In this document: positions 26,515 through 39,267 of the stretch, piece after piece | Numbering within the stretch: position 1 is the first letter of the stretch | Layout of the letters: the number at the start of each line of letters is the position of its first letter | Assembly: GCF_048593235.1 (NCBI RefSeq) | Contig: NC_133621.1 | Span: 124,521,341-124,585,340, forward strand | Direction of reading: 5' to 3' | Source: Sminthopsis crassicaudata | Taxonomy: Eukaryota | DNA length: 64,000 bases | Program-made: the position numbers and the translations under genes | The notes under the pieces: generated by a model | What the model was told of the DNA's origin: nothing | Databases searched by the model: none | Seen by the model: the letters and a program-made list of their open reading frames with translations, nothing else

Positions 26515-28676
26515 TTTTAGAGAGAATATTACAAAAATTGTCATTGGACTAATTCTATTTCAGTCTATTTTGGAATTTTTTCCCATCTGTTTCCAATCTC
26601 ATCCTTCTAGAAAGCTGACCATATCTGAATATAACTATACTATAGATTGAAATCAGATTTTGTGCCCAAATCATTTTAAGACCTTGTAGGGAACTACCAA
26701 TTCAATGTTATAATAAGTACTATCTTAACCCCAAATATCTCTGTATTACAGAAAATATGACCAGATACTTAGGGAATCTCCCTAAGAGGCAAGTCCTAAA
26801 GTTATTTCACCATGCAACATGGCTATTATAGATGGTATGAGACTCCATCCAGCTGCTTGGTTATTCTTGCACACACTGACTATTGAAGAGTATGTATCAT
26901 GATGCGGTACATATGAAGTATAGGCCTAGGTGTAAGATCATTGAAACAAATCAAATGCAACACATGCAAATTAGTGAAATGCTACTCTATGGTCATCATG
27001 GACTTTCGCAACAAGCAATTCATCCTCCTTATTAATAATGATAATGATAATGACAGTTACAAAGGACTTTTCAAAGCATTTCATATGTTTTATTTAATTT
27101 GATATTACATTTATGAAACTAAGGATAGAGAGAAAAAAGTGACTTTATCAACAGAGTGCATTACAGACTGTTTAAACAGAAAGAGGAGATGGATGAGGAT
27201 TTTGTGAAATGGATCACAAGTGACTGGAGATCTCACTATCCAGATGATATTTGCTTGTGCTCTCTCTGTGAAACAGATCAGTTTCTTGGTTTATTTTATT
27301 GATAATTTCACCCTTCAAAATATGAAGCTAAGAATAAGTGGTCATTCTATTAAACATCTAATTCTCAAAATGAGGAAATGATTTCTGAAACAGATATGAA
27401 GGGATTCTTGGAGGAAGTGATTGTTTTATCAAAGAGTTTATGCAAAAAAGGAGAGGAAATTTGAATATATTCTCACATGTAAACCAAATTTTTTTGTTTT
27501 TGTTTTTGTTTTTTTAATTAAAAGGTTTGGAGAAAATTTGGATATGATCTAACGAAATGAAATTCAGCTGAGGAGAGACAGAAGCTATTTGAGAGTGAAA
27601 CTTTGTAGATTCAAAGGCAAATAATACTATTGAGAGGGAAAGTTGAGATTTGTCTGAAGAAAACAAAATAGATACATAAGGAATACACTCATCAATTTTA
27701 ATTTTAAAAATAAATTAGATAAATGGAAATAAGTCCAAAATATGAATGGATAATTGAATATGCTGTTTTATAAAAATAGTGTCAGGAAAGTCACAAAATA
27801 AACTGAGTTTGTTGAAAATAATGGAACTTCATTTGTGAAAGGTTATGTGACTTTCCCAGGATGATAGAAACTGTAAGTAGCAGAAATGGGACTCAAAAAT
27901 AAAATCTTCCAGCTAACTCTGCATCAATTTTTTCCCCATTATGCTGTAGTTACACTGCAATAATTCATCACTAACACCATTAATATAGATGCCTTGACAA
28001 AGATTATTCCTTTCAAAGCATGCCAGAAGATATCTGTGGCTAGTCTTTTTACTCCTTTTTTCCTTCACAAATAATTCTAATTTGTGGAGCTCTTTAATCA
28101 GCTAATTTCTGACTGAGAACATTGATTTACCATATTTTCCACATTTGTATAGGAAAATGAATTTAAAATTTTGATCATATAGAACTATATTCAATGTTAT
28201 TCTTATATATAAATTTTAAAAAGCCTCAGGACACCAGTAAAGCAATATGGATATTTTCTCCCCCACCTTGTCTTGCTTGCTTTGGATTCTATATATATTT
28301 CAAGTAAGATGATACATGCAAAGGAATTTGCACATCTTTAAGTGCTATGTAAATGCTAGCTGTTTTATTATTATTGCTGTTATAGCTTTTATTAAGTGCC
28401 TACCATGTGCTGCATACTTTCCTAAGTAATTATTATTATTGTTGCTATGATTGTCATTACTATTAATATACTTCATTAAGCTATATAACTCACAAGCTGA
28501 TTTTTCATCTTTTTTGAAGCAGATCATAATCCTATATAAAATGTATTCTTTTTTTTATTTTTAAATGTTTATTATTCGAAAATCAACTGTGAAGGCTTCA
28601 TTGCTTTGGCATTTCTGCCTTCAAAAACATTTTAATTATTATTTATAATAAAAGAAGGGTTGATGTTAGACATATC

Positions 28677-28839
28677 TTTTTTTATTAATTTTATAATTAT
28701 AACTTTTTTTTGGACAGTACATATGCATGGGTAACTTTTTAGAACATTATCCCTTGCACTCACTTTTGTTCCAAATTTTCCCCTCCTTTCCTCCACCCCC
28801 TCCCCTAGATGGCAGGCAGTCCCATACATATTAAATATA
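28677..28839 (-). mobile_element. Short 5'-truncated L1 3' end, antisense
   Basis: Poly-T, then CATATGCATGGGTAACTTTT...CCCCTAGATGGCAGG; the reverse of the L1 3'UTR seen at 8560-8728. Confidence 0.85.
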
Positions 28840-29449
28840 ATTACCAATGTATTCTAAAAAAAAAGTCCTGCACATATAGTAGAAAACCTGGAACCACAAT
28901 TTGGTAATCACTCAATCAAGTTCTTTTCAATAACAACAGCAGCAACAAAATAAAAACAAAACCCCAGAATAGTAGCTTTTAATCTCAAAATATTAGATAA
29001 TCTTGAAGGCATATCTAATCTAGTATTTCCATTTGTCCTCTGCCTTGATGAAAGTAATTCACAATATATGATAACACAGCTCAGTTTTTTGCCTCTTCTT
29101 GTATATATGGTTTTGGAACTAAGAATGTTTTATTTTATATTTTACAAACCATGAAATTTTTATTTGTATAAGTAAAAATCATCCTTGGCATTTGGGCTAC
29201 ACAAATCAGGCAGAAGGCCTGATTTATCTCCTAGTTTGCAGATTCTTAACTAAGATTAAAAGATTATAATGCCTCCTTACTCAAATTTAGTTTATGTAAA
29301 TAATAAAATAGTTCACAAAATTATGTAAAATTGGCTCTATGAGAATTCATAATAATTAAGTCATAAAGGCTATAGATCCAAAGACCTGTGCTATATATAG
29401 TGTGTGATAATCAGGCCTTCAATTTGGATGAGATTTACAGTATAAGAAT

Positions 29450-30020
29450 CACATTGAATATTGTTCTCTATGATCAATTGAAAAGTAGTTTAAAAATTTG
29501 CAGAAAAATGAATATACTTACATGAGATGATGAGTGGTGAAATGAGCAAAAATAAGAGAATGCATACAAAAACAGCAATGTTGTTTCAGGAAAAAAATTT
29601 TAAGTATATAAATCATGTTGACTATTATAAATATTCAAATTAATTACAAAGGACATATGAAGTATATGTAACCAGAAAAAGAACTAAGAGATAGANNNNN
29701 NNNNNNNNNNNNNNNNNNNNNNNNNNNNNNNNNNNNNNNNNNNNNNNNNNNNNNNNNNNNNNNNNNNNNNNNNNNNNNNNNNNNNNNNNNNNNNNNNNNN
29801 NNNNNNNNNNNNNNNNNNNNNNNNNNNNNNNNNNNNNNNNNNNNNNNNNNNNNNNNTCATATCTACAGGAGAGGGGAAAAAAGGGAAAAAAAGTATAACT
29901 TTATAATATATTTGAAAGCAACAGCAAGTTATACATAATAGACTTGAAGTTTCAAGTTAATCATTTTTTTTTAATTATCCCATGTCATAGAAATGTTTTA
30001 TTCCTTAAATTAAAAAATGC
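29450..30020 (+). mobile_element. Older L1 3' end spanning a gap
   Basis: CTTACATGAGATGATGAGTGGTGAAATGAGC motif (cf. 49376 and 56990 copies). Confidence 0.65.
29696..29856. other. Assembly gap (N run)
   Basis: Run of N. Confidence 0.99.
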
Positions 30021-30099
30021 TTTAAATTTAAAAAGAAGTTGGAAGAAACAAAGATATTTGTACTCTGGTTTAAGGCTAAAATTCTATCCTCTACTTGGG

Positions 30100-30485
30100 A
30101 GAAGAGAGGCAGGGCTGGAAGGGACGGAGAAAGGAAGGGAAGAACGTAAGACAGGAAGAAGAAAGACAAGAAAACCAGAATAAAGAGGAAAGGTAGTAGG
30201 GAGGAAGGGAGAAATAAAGGGAGGATGAAAGGAAAGGAAAGGGAATAAGCATTTGTAAAGTGCCTACTATATGTCAGGTTAAGTACTTTAAACATATTAT
30301 CTAATTTAATCCTCATAATAGCCCTGGGAAAAAGATGCTACTATAATTCTCATTTTGGAAATGAGGAAACTAAGGTAGACAGAGGTTAAATGACTTGTCT
30401 AAGCTCACACAGCTTATAAGTGTCCAAACTAGATGTGAACTCAGATTTTTCTTCTTCTCAGCCCAACACTCTATTCATTGCATAT
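30100..30485 (-). mobile_element. MIR-family SINE (antisense) with a GA-rich low-complexity tract at 30100-30245
   Basis: AAGCATTTGTAAAGTGCCTACTAT...ATGAGGAAACTAAGG...GGTTAAATGACTTG. Confidence 0.75.
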
Positions 30486-30757
30486 TATTAAGATGCAAAA
30501 CAGAACAAGTCTCTCTCATCACTTCCAAACCCAAACAGCCTGTTGGGCCTTGGAAAGGATACTGGTAGTCTTGTGTATGTACAAGTTAAGCCAGAAGACA
30601 TGGTTCTTCCATCTAATGAAAGGAACAAAAAAGATTCATTGAGCAAACAAATGCTCATAGTGAATAATCTTCATGTTTAGTACATAGCACCTAAAAAGTG
30701 CTTATTGATTAATTGGTTGACTTATTCATTGACTATTATACTTCTTTTATTCCACAG

Positions 30758-30763
30758 TAATAG
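30758..30763 (+). other. Candidate 6-nt microexon TAATAG, or recursive splice site
   Basis: CTTCTTTTATTCCACAG|TAATAG|GTAAGT. Confidence 0.35.
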
Positions 30764-31029
30764 GTAAGTATAAATTTAGAGAAAAAATTTAGAGAGGGCT
30801 GGGGTGCCAGAATACCTTTGGAAATATCAGAGTGAAAGCACTCAAAACCTCCATAAGATTTCAAGAAAGAAACTTTTCTTTCAGTAAACTTTTAAAGTTA
30901 CTGCAAGGCATTAACGCTCATAGAGAAGCCTAATTAACACAGTTTGGGGTTAGTCATTAATAGTGGTTTCTGCCTATATTAACCTGACCCGTACAGGTTA
31001 GTTCTTTTATTATTTCCTTCTCTTTTCAG

Positions 31030-31073
31030 AAATATAACAATTAATGAGATTGTTGAGTGGTGGGACCACACAG
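31030..31073 (+). CDS. Candidate 44-nt exon (phase 2-1)
   Basis: Branch-like CCTGAC at ~30983, long pyrimidine tract ending TCTTTTCAG, donor CAG|GTCACT (weak); only open frame NITINEIVEWWDHT. Confidence 0.3.
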
Positions 31074-31544
31074 GTCACTGTTCTCCTGGGAAAACTACAT
31101 ATCTCTCTAATACCAGTATCTAAGACTTTGACCCAGGTAGATACAGAAACAACCAGCCAAAGAAGAAATACCAAGGAACTATCAATGGAGTTCTTTAGTA
31201 TATAAGGTCTCTCATAAACATTTGATCTCTGCAAGTATAGAGTTCCCACACTGCAATAACTTTTCCTATGAAAGAAGGCAACTGATCAAATCATCACATC
31301 AAATCCTTCCTTGATGATAATTCATCAGATTTGTTTTGTTTTCCAGAAGGCATGTGTGTGTGAATAGGGAGGGGGGTGAGAAGGTGGGTGAGGGAGGGAA
31401 TAACCAACATGGTTCTAGATGTATGGGTCTGTTGTAATAATCAATATGGGTCTAGATATATTACAACATGTTTTTGCTTCCTAATAGTTGGTCTCTTCCA
31501 GACACAATTAGCTACGGAATTTTTAGTTCAATAGACGGAGAGTT

Positions 31545-31700
31545 GATTAAAAAAAAAAAATAATGGGTGTTTGCTACATGTCAAACATCCTGTTATATAT
31601 TTTGGATACAAATATGGAAGAAAAAGAAGTCCCTGTCCTCAGGGCATTTATAATTCTATGGAGAAAACAACATACAAAAGAAGCAGTTGTTAAAAATGGG
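31545..31700 (-). mobile_element. L2 3' end, antisense
   Basis: TTTGCTACATGTCAAACA...GGATACAAA...AGTCCCTGTCCTCAGGG...ATTCTATGG. Confidence 0.65.
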
Positions 31701-33009
31701 GTACTCTAGTCTAGAAAATCAGAGGAACAGTCAGATAGGGAAGTAGATAAGAATATTCCATCTAAGAGCAAGGTAATGGTAGAATTGATATGATCATGGT
31801 TCATAGTCTCAGAATTAGGAATGGAAGTGAAAAGAAAAGAAAACCCATACTGAGACAAGGCAACCTTCAAGGACAAGATGGGGCTGATCACAGCATTAGG
31901 GGGAAGTGAAATATGGCAGATTTTTTTTTTTTTCTTCCCGAAATAGGGGTAAGGAGAAAACTATTACTTATCAGAAGAATGGGATTCTTGGGCAAAAATT
32001 TCTCCAATGTATGATGAAAAGGAGATCAAGATTTCAGTGTGAAATAAAGCATGACTTAGGCTATCCTGTCACAGCTTTACTCTTGAGAACAAGTTACCTC
32101 TATGATAGAACGGCCTTTCTTATCAATTGTCCCTGGGAGAGGAATGAGGAAGTTCAAGATTCTCTAATTTAGAAAAGCATACTCTTGATCACAAGCTAAA
32201 CCTTTAGGTACATAACAAGGAATAATGTATATGATTCACAACTTAAATGGAATGCAAGGATGTTTTACTGTGAGATTCTCTGTCCTCTGTTACCCAGCCC
32301 CCAAATGTGGCTTCTCTCAATTCTGTGTCCACCCTGAGTGAAAACTTCCATAGATACCTCTTTTAAAGCTGGCAATATTTTAGGAATTCCGAGAATCTGG
32401 GTCAAAGAGTCGCCAATGACACATCCAAAATAGTAACATTTTACTTTTTCTCCCTTTCTCTTCTCAGGATAAAACAAAGTGAATGGCATTAAAATGCATT
32501 AGTCTGATCAGACAGTATGCTAATGTGCAATCTGTATAGTTCTGGGTCAGTGACACTTCAGTTCCTGCCTCACTGATTGAAAGGGGCCTGGTGACCTGGG
32601 AAAATTGGTTTGACAGTCTTTCCCTTTACCTCAGCCATAGAGTGTGTTACATTCAGGACCCAGATCATATTGCATTGGGTTAAAGAAGGCTGAGATTGTC
32701 ATTTTAAACTGCTTTCAAAAACCAGAAAAAAGATTCTACTGTTAATAACCTAGGATTTCAGTTGAATATTAAATCTTATTCATTGGTTAAGCACTATTAT
32801 ACTAAAAAAAAAAAAAACTGTCTATGGCTTGAAAGATAGATTTAAAAGTAAAATTTTGAAAATGTACATACATATGTAGTATTTCAAAGTTAATATAATC
32901 TAGGGGAGAATTAACTAAAACTAACAAGTTTGAAAGAATTGATTCTGTTTCCAAAGCATCCCCCCTTCTTTCTGCAATTTTATTATCACTAATGCATACG
33001 ATTTCACAG

Positions 33010-33982
33010 GAGCCAAGAAGTACTGAATTTAAATAAGTACTTGTGGAACCATAGCACCAATTATGCACTCCACAGCTATTTACACCCTATGGTGATCAAC
33101 TAGCAGTGGGAAGTAAAATTGATAACATACTGGTACATTCACAATTATGGGTCAGATTTCAACAAGCCTATTTGAACAGTTCCATTAGGTCTTACTTGAA
33201 ACGCTTATTTGCATTTATTTTTGACCAACTCCAGAAAAAAAGCATGTTATGCATTTTAATATCTAGTGGTCATAGGAACTTTTTTTTTTTTTTTTAGTAA
33301 TGAATGCAATATCCCAAAGGGAGTTGTGATCTTTTAGAAATGAAGATTCTTTTCAATGATTCAGAATAGAACTGATCCATGTCTGCCCAACTCATGTGAC
33401 TAATTCCATGTTTCCCCATAAATTTACCACAATTGGTCCACCCAATGTAATGGAATCTTTCCTCACATTTGGTTGACATGATATGGATGATAAGGGGAAA
33501 CACAAAATGTCCATACATTGTCAATCTACTGCTTTAGCTATGACGGTGTAAGATTAGATCTTTTGGTTTTTTTTCCTGGTTGAATATTTTCCTTGATGAC
33601 AGCACTTATGCCATATCTTCAGCAATATTACTTATTGTTAGTATATTTATAGACTGTTCACAATCATCATAAAGATCTCCATTCCTTTTTCCATATTCCC
33701 CAACATCATTTCATCAGAGACTATGGCATCCATGCTGGAAGAAAGTTGATCTTAAAAAAGTATATTCCAATAATGGAAGAGAAATGAAATTAAAATTGTA
33801 CTGAAATATGTTCTGAACAAAGTTAGAATTTGAGTGGTATATTACCTTTAGGTTTTTTTTTGTTTGTTTGTTTGTTTGTTTTTGAGATTTTTGTAGCTTT
33901 TATAAAATTCATTAATGTGAATCTTCATTGAAATTTTGAAATATAGTGTTTCTTTCTATATTATAATTATTCCTGAAATAAA
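33010..33982 (+). other. Candidate terminal exon / 3'UTR
   Basis: Branch CACTAAT at 32987-32993, acceptor TTTCACAG; short coding remainder (GAKKY* or EPRSTEFK*); AATAAA at 33977-33982. Confidence 0.22.
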
Positions 33983-34721
33983 AATCTTTTTTTGAAAAGA
34001 GAGAGATAAAGTCACTTACTCAAAAGTTGGGGATTATGAAGACAAGATATTTGGATGATCTTTTGGACTGAATATATTATTCTTTTAACCAGAGGATTCC
34101 TTTCAAGCATGAACAGCCTTGATCTACAAAAGGGATTGAAAGCAATCTTTAATTTTTAATTGCATAGGATTTACTTGAGAAATGTTTATCTTTATCTACT
34201 TTCCTCTTTTGAAAATACTTTTTTCTCAAGCTAAGGATCTCCTGATTGCTACATAGTCAATGTTTGAATGAAATTGCGTATGTCAGGTGTAAGTGAAGAT
34301 TTTTTGGAAGGTAGAAGCCAGGAGGAACACTGTTCAAATTCTTTTGATATGTCCCTATTCTGAAAGAATAAAAACTCAAGGACACTTCTCCCTTTTGCTT
34401 CCAATCTTCCTTCTTCTTTATGCTCATTCCTCTCCAAAGCCCAAAGCACCTGGTAGAGAAAGGGATATGATTATGATATAAGAGGCTGTTAGTAGATATT
34501 TGGTTTAAGGGGCTCATTCCAAGTTCACTCTTGGAATCAAGATCTCAGTGTTTATTCACTATAATGAGAAAACAATAGAAGGGATAAAGTATATTTATTT
34601 TCTACCAATTATCACTTGAAAGGAGAAATGTGATCTTGAAGAAAAAAAATGCAAATCCATTCTCAACTTCATGATGGAGTGTCTATAAGTCAATCACCTG
34701 GCTTATATTTTCCACCTCCAG

Positions 34722-34753
34722 AAATCTTCAGATATTTTCTATCATTCGAAAAG
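34722..34753 (+). other. Candidate 32-nt exon
   Basis: TATATTTTCCACCTCCAG|...TCGAAAAG|GTATGG; all three frames open. Confidence 0.25.
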
Positions 34754-36249
34754 GTATGGGTATATTGTTAGCCTTATTTTCACTATACAAACATGACATT
34801 TAGAAAAATCTTTTATTAATTTAAAAATCTCAGTAAAGTAAAGGCTAAATAAATGCTGGTGCAGTAGAAAGAACTAGAACTTTTGCCATAAGAAATTACA
34901 TAATTATAGCTAAAGAGAAATTTCCTAAAGTTAATTCAATGATCGTGGAAACAGGAAAAAAAAAATCACATACTTTAATTTGTCAAATCATTGTGGGAAA
35001 AGCAACCATCTCTACATGAATACAATATATTTACAGGAGCTTTATGGGAATTTTATTAAAAAATGAGAAATTATAATTACATGATTATGTGTATTTACAT
35101 TAATCACATAATGCTAATCACATAAATAAGAAATACTTTAAAATATTACTTAAATGAGCATCTAATTACCTCAAAAACCACTCCCATAAGAAATTAGTAT
35201 TAAAAAGAGAGAGACAAATACACAAAAATGAAGGAAAACAGACTTCAAAGAATTAGAGTCCAAACTTTTTTGTAAGACTTCAAGGCATGACTTGTATCCT
35301 TTTTCAAGCACAGAGTTCCCTTAGAAGTTAAAGAAAGCTTCCTTGAAGAGATAAACAGAAATGCTGGAGGGGGGATTAAAATCTAGGCCATAATTCCCAT
35401 GTGAAGGGAGTGTAAACATCTTCTTAGCACAGTCACACAGGCAAATGAAGAGGCAGCTAAACTCCAAGAGTTAAAGATAGAAATAATGTCAGTCAGAATG
35501 TTCTGTCATCTAATTTTTATTTCCCTTGTCAACCATCAGGAACTTATAAGAGGTGAAAAAATCCTTTTCTCAAAACCGGAATTTTCTTGCCTGTACGCCT
35601 AGAGGCGTGAAAAGTTCTGGCAGCTGTGGTAATGATGACTGAGTGCCTTGCACATAGTAGGAACACAAAAATGTACTGACTGATTTGTTGACATATATGC
35701 AAAGCAGGGATTAGTGTCAAAGACATGATCTTATCCCTTCTCAGAGGACAAGAAAATAAGTGGACAGAGGACAGTCAATAAATGTTTCTGATTGATTGGC
35801 TGATGATACTGATAATCATTCTTTAAAACAAAAGTTTTAAAGCCATCTAAAAGAGCCACCTATAAGATGATATTGAAGGGTGGGAGGGGCTTGATTTTAG
35901 TATTTTTAACTTTCAGTTCCCCAGAAGCAGCAAATCCTAACCCATTTCTTTATTATTCTTCCTTGTATTGAAAGATAAGCTTCTTGAGGGCTAGAAATGT
36001 ATTGCTGACTTGTCTTTGTATTTACAGGGTTTAGAAGTGTGTCTAATATGAAGTACATGATTAATCCAGCCTCTCTTTTCTTTTTTCTGTCTTTTTGATT
36101 CGTGTATCTCTGTCTTTTTCTCTGTCTCCCCAGAGAGAAAGAGAATAGCTGGGGGCTCTCCTTCAGTTTCAGAGAAATATCAATCAAACCATTTAAAGCA
36201 GTTCACTGAAAGGTACCTTTAGGGTGTTTAGAAATTTTTGTTCTTATTG

Positions 36250-36478
36250 TTATTGTTCAGCTGTTTTAGTCATGTCCAATTTTTCACAATCCTATTTGAG
36301 GTTTTCTTGGCAAAGATACTATAGTTTGCCATTTCCTTCTCCAGTTCATTTTACAGATGAGGAAACTGAGGCAATGAGCAATTTAAGTGACTTGCCCAGG
36401 ATTGCATAACTTACAAGTGTCTGATGCTTGATTCTAGGCCAAGTTCTCTATATACATTACACCACCTAGATGCCCCTT
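36250..36478 (-). mobile_element. MAR1 SINE
   Basis: TTGTTCAG...GTTTTCTTGGCAAAGATACT...CATTTTACAGATGAGGAAACTGAGGC...ACCACCTAGATGCCCC. Confidence 0.88.
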
Positions 36479-36564
36479 TCAACACATTAAGAATCAATCT
36501 TCTTCAGGAATCACATTTTTCTGATGAAGTCTCTAACATCTTTTTGCTCTCCCCTTATTTATAG

Positions 36565-36574
36565 TGACAGACAG
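36565..36574 (+). other. Candidate 10-nt microexon TGACAGACAG
   Basis: Consensus branch CTCTAAC at 36531-36537, tract TTTTTGCTCTCCCCTTATTTATAG, donor CAG|GTAAGA. Confidence 0.42.
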
Positions 36575-36985
36575 GTAAGACAACATGGGAGATGTAGACA
36601 ATCTAGTTCAAAGATGCTCTTTCTGTAAACCTAGCTCATGTCAGACTAATCAGCCTCCATGAGCAGTAAAAATAAATAGTCTTGAAACCATCAGTATCTG
36701 GGAGCATGCTTGTTTGGTAAATAGCTAGTGTGAGTGTCTGTTGTTTCCATTTTTCTTGCATTCTGTATAGGTAAATGCAATTTATGTTTCATTTATTGTA
36801 TACATTGAATTTTGAACTTAGTTAAGTCAAGATCAGCAGAAATGTGATTTGTAGGTCAAGAATGAGAGAAAAGTATGCATCCTGCAGTTTCTAGTACCTT
36901 GAAAGGGGCAGCAAAACTCTTTAAGTAACATAAATGATGTGGACTCAATGAGCTCTAGGTCCCTTCCTTGTAGTTTTAAATATGA

Positions 36986-37034
36986 TGTTCTCTAAAGTTC
37001 AGAATTCAGTGTTCTCTAAAGTTCAGAATTCAGT
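36986..37034. repeat. Perfect 24-bp tandem duplication TGTTCTCTAAAGTTCAGAATTCAG x2
   Basis: Direct reading. Confidence 0.95.
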
Positions 37035-37698
37035 CATTGCACCTCTGCTACCTTACAATGAATGTCTGTATAACTTCAGGGGCAGCGTTGTGAGGGTTAA
37101 TTGTTTTAATAGTCTTTTCATCAGATGTTGATGGAAAATGGAAAACTAGAAAGAAAAAAAAAATTAGGCCCCACTTTTTGATTAATTTTCAGACTTTATA
37201 TTTACATAATTCTTTCATCTCATCACCTAGAATCCCTTTATAAATGGTAACTCCAAACATTTATAAGAATACTTTTCAAAGAGGCAGATGGGAAACCTAA
37301 TTATTTCTATTTTTCATGCATATATCCTGTATTAGGAGATTATCAATAAGAGCCTATTGTTGTGAGACTTAGAGCAATCCCGAGAAGTTTCATTTCCCCT
37401 CACCTGTATAAAAAGTGACCTAAATCTTGTCAGCTACATAAGGTATTTTATTTCTTTTAGAGCCTGAGACATAGGTAATCTTTTTCTATATAGGTTCTGA
37501 AGTGAATCTATCCCGGGCCAAACAATATTGCTCCAGAACATCTGTGGAGATTAGAGTGATATTACGTACCCTTCTATTTCATATCCTATGACAACTGAGA
37601 AATTCCTAGGGCACAAGGAATAGTTGATACATATACTCCTTAATGTGTTCTGTGAGGTTGAATCTAACTCAGCATTAGAAGCTAGAAGATAGAACGAA

Positions 37699-37984
37699 NN
37701 NNNNNNNNNNNNNNNNNNNNNNNNNNNNNNNNNNNNNNNNNNNNNNNNNNNNNNNNNNNNNNNNNNNNNNNNNNNNNNNNNNNNNNNNNNNNNNNNNNNN
37801 NNNNNNNNNNNNNNNNNNNNNNNNNNNNNNNNNNNNNNNNNNNNNNNNNNNNNNNNNNNNNNNNNNNNNNNNNNNNNNNNNNNNNNNNNNNNNNNNNNNN
37901 NNNNNNNNNNNNNNNNNNNNNNNNNNNNNNNNNNNNNNNNNNNNNNNNNNNNNNNNNNNNNNNNNNNNNNNNNNNNNNNNNNNN
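37699..37984. other. Assembly gap (N run)
   Basis: Run of N. Confidence 0.99.
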
Positions 37985-38566
37985 AAGAATCATGAGTGTC
38001 TGCATGGAAGCAATATATCAAAGTCTTTGTAAACTCTGATATCATAGTACCAATATTTTTAGTACTTTGTATTATTGTTGTTGTTATTGCTGTTAACAAC
38101 AATAGATGAGGAATTGGGGCAAACGGTATAAGGTTCTTGTTCAGAGTCACGTTTCTGAGGCTATATTTGAACTGAGGAAGACATGTCTTCTTGACTTCCA
38201 GCCCATTCCTTTAAATACTCATTTCCTAGCTCAGTGGCAGTAAGTTCCATTTCCTGGAGTTCAAAAAAATATTACAACTACTTAATAAATATTTATTCTT
38301 TGCAAGCCACATAATATTTCTTAATTTAAACATTTTCTTTAGAAATATTGACTTATCTTGCCATCTCCTTTTGTATCATATCCTAGCATGTTTTCTGTTT
38401 ATCCTTTAAAACACCTAGGCAAGATTAATATTCTTTTGACCCAAGTATGGATGGATGTATAAAAACACTTCAAATGATCAAGATTACATCTTGATTATGA
38501 ATGAGAAATAAATCCAGGAAAAAGATTTAGAAAATAACTCAATTGTGTACTGAATGCATTCTTCAG

Positions 38567-38602
38567 CCAGTAAGTTGGAAAATTGTTCAGTAATAATAAG
38601 AG
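38567..38602 (+). CDS. Candidate 36-nt exon (phase 1-1)
   Basis: GCATTCTTCAG|CCAG...AAGAG|GTAAGC; only open frame xSKLENCSVIIR. Confidence 0.25.
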
Positions 38603-39151
38603 GTAAGCGGCTGTTGTGCATGGACATATATTTTCAGAGAAAGACAGTGATTTTTTTTTAAGGAGTTCTGATGATACTTCTTGTGTTCTGCCTTGTGCAA
38701 ATGCTATTTGCATGGAAACCTTGGATGTCTTTACTCAAAGTAAAATAAAAATAAAAAAAATTACAAATTAAGGGGATAAGAGTTATTTCTCTTTAGAAAT
38801 ACCATTTTAATTTACAAATTTGTTGTCCTTTTCATCTTTCAAGTTGTCATTCAGAGAATGTACAGATTAATTCCTGTATAAATCAGGTTACAGAAATATA
38901 ACCTATTTTGAATGGGACTGTAGGATGTATTTTTACCTAAATGTGATATGAAATATTAATATATATTCAAAATATATAATTTATCTGCATCAGAATTGCA
39001 ATTTTAATCAGGACATTTGTTATGATTTAACTGCAATTGACAATTTATCCCAATCTAACTCTATACATTTTCAAATGGCTAGGGAGAAAAAAATTCTAAG
39101 AGAACAAATTTATAAGAGTATATTAATTTTTTTAAAAATTCAGAGGAAAAC

Positions 39152-39267
39152 TACAGCAAGTTTGGCTTACACTCTAAGAATGAATGCTGCACTTACTAGG
39201 AAAAAGAAAATTTCTCTAAGTCCCTGAAGAAGAGACCACATCATTTAAATAGGAATAAGTAACATTT
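39152..39267 (+). repeat. Left arm of a perfect 116-bp inverted repeat
   Basis: Exact reverse complement of 40144-40259, checked base by base. Confidence 0.97.

Noticed and set aside
29203-29225. Hairpin AAATCAGGC-AGAAG-GCCTGATTT
   Set aside because: A 9-bp stem is expected by chance in 64 kb; no U-tract or miRNA-length stem.
33294-33524. Protein-like - strand ORF (also 32802, 34249, 44276)
   Set aside because: No recognisable homology, no convincing splice context, and length within the chance range.
37551-38150. 199-aa and 107-aa ORFs
   Set aside because: Length is due to the N gap.
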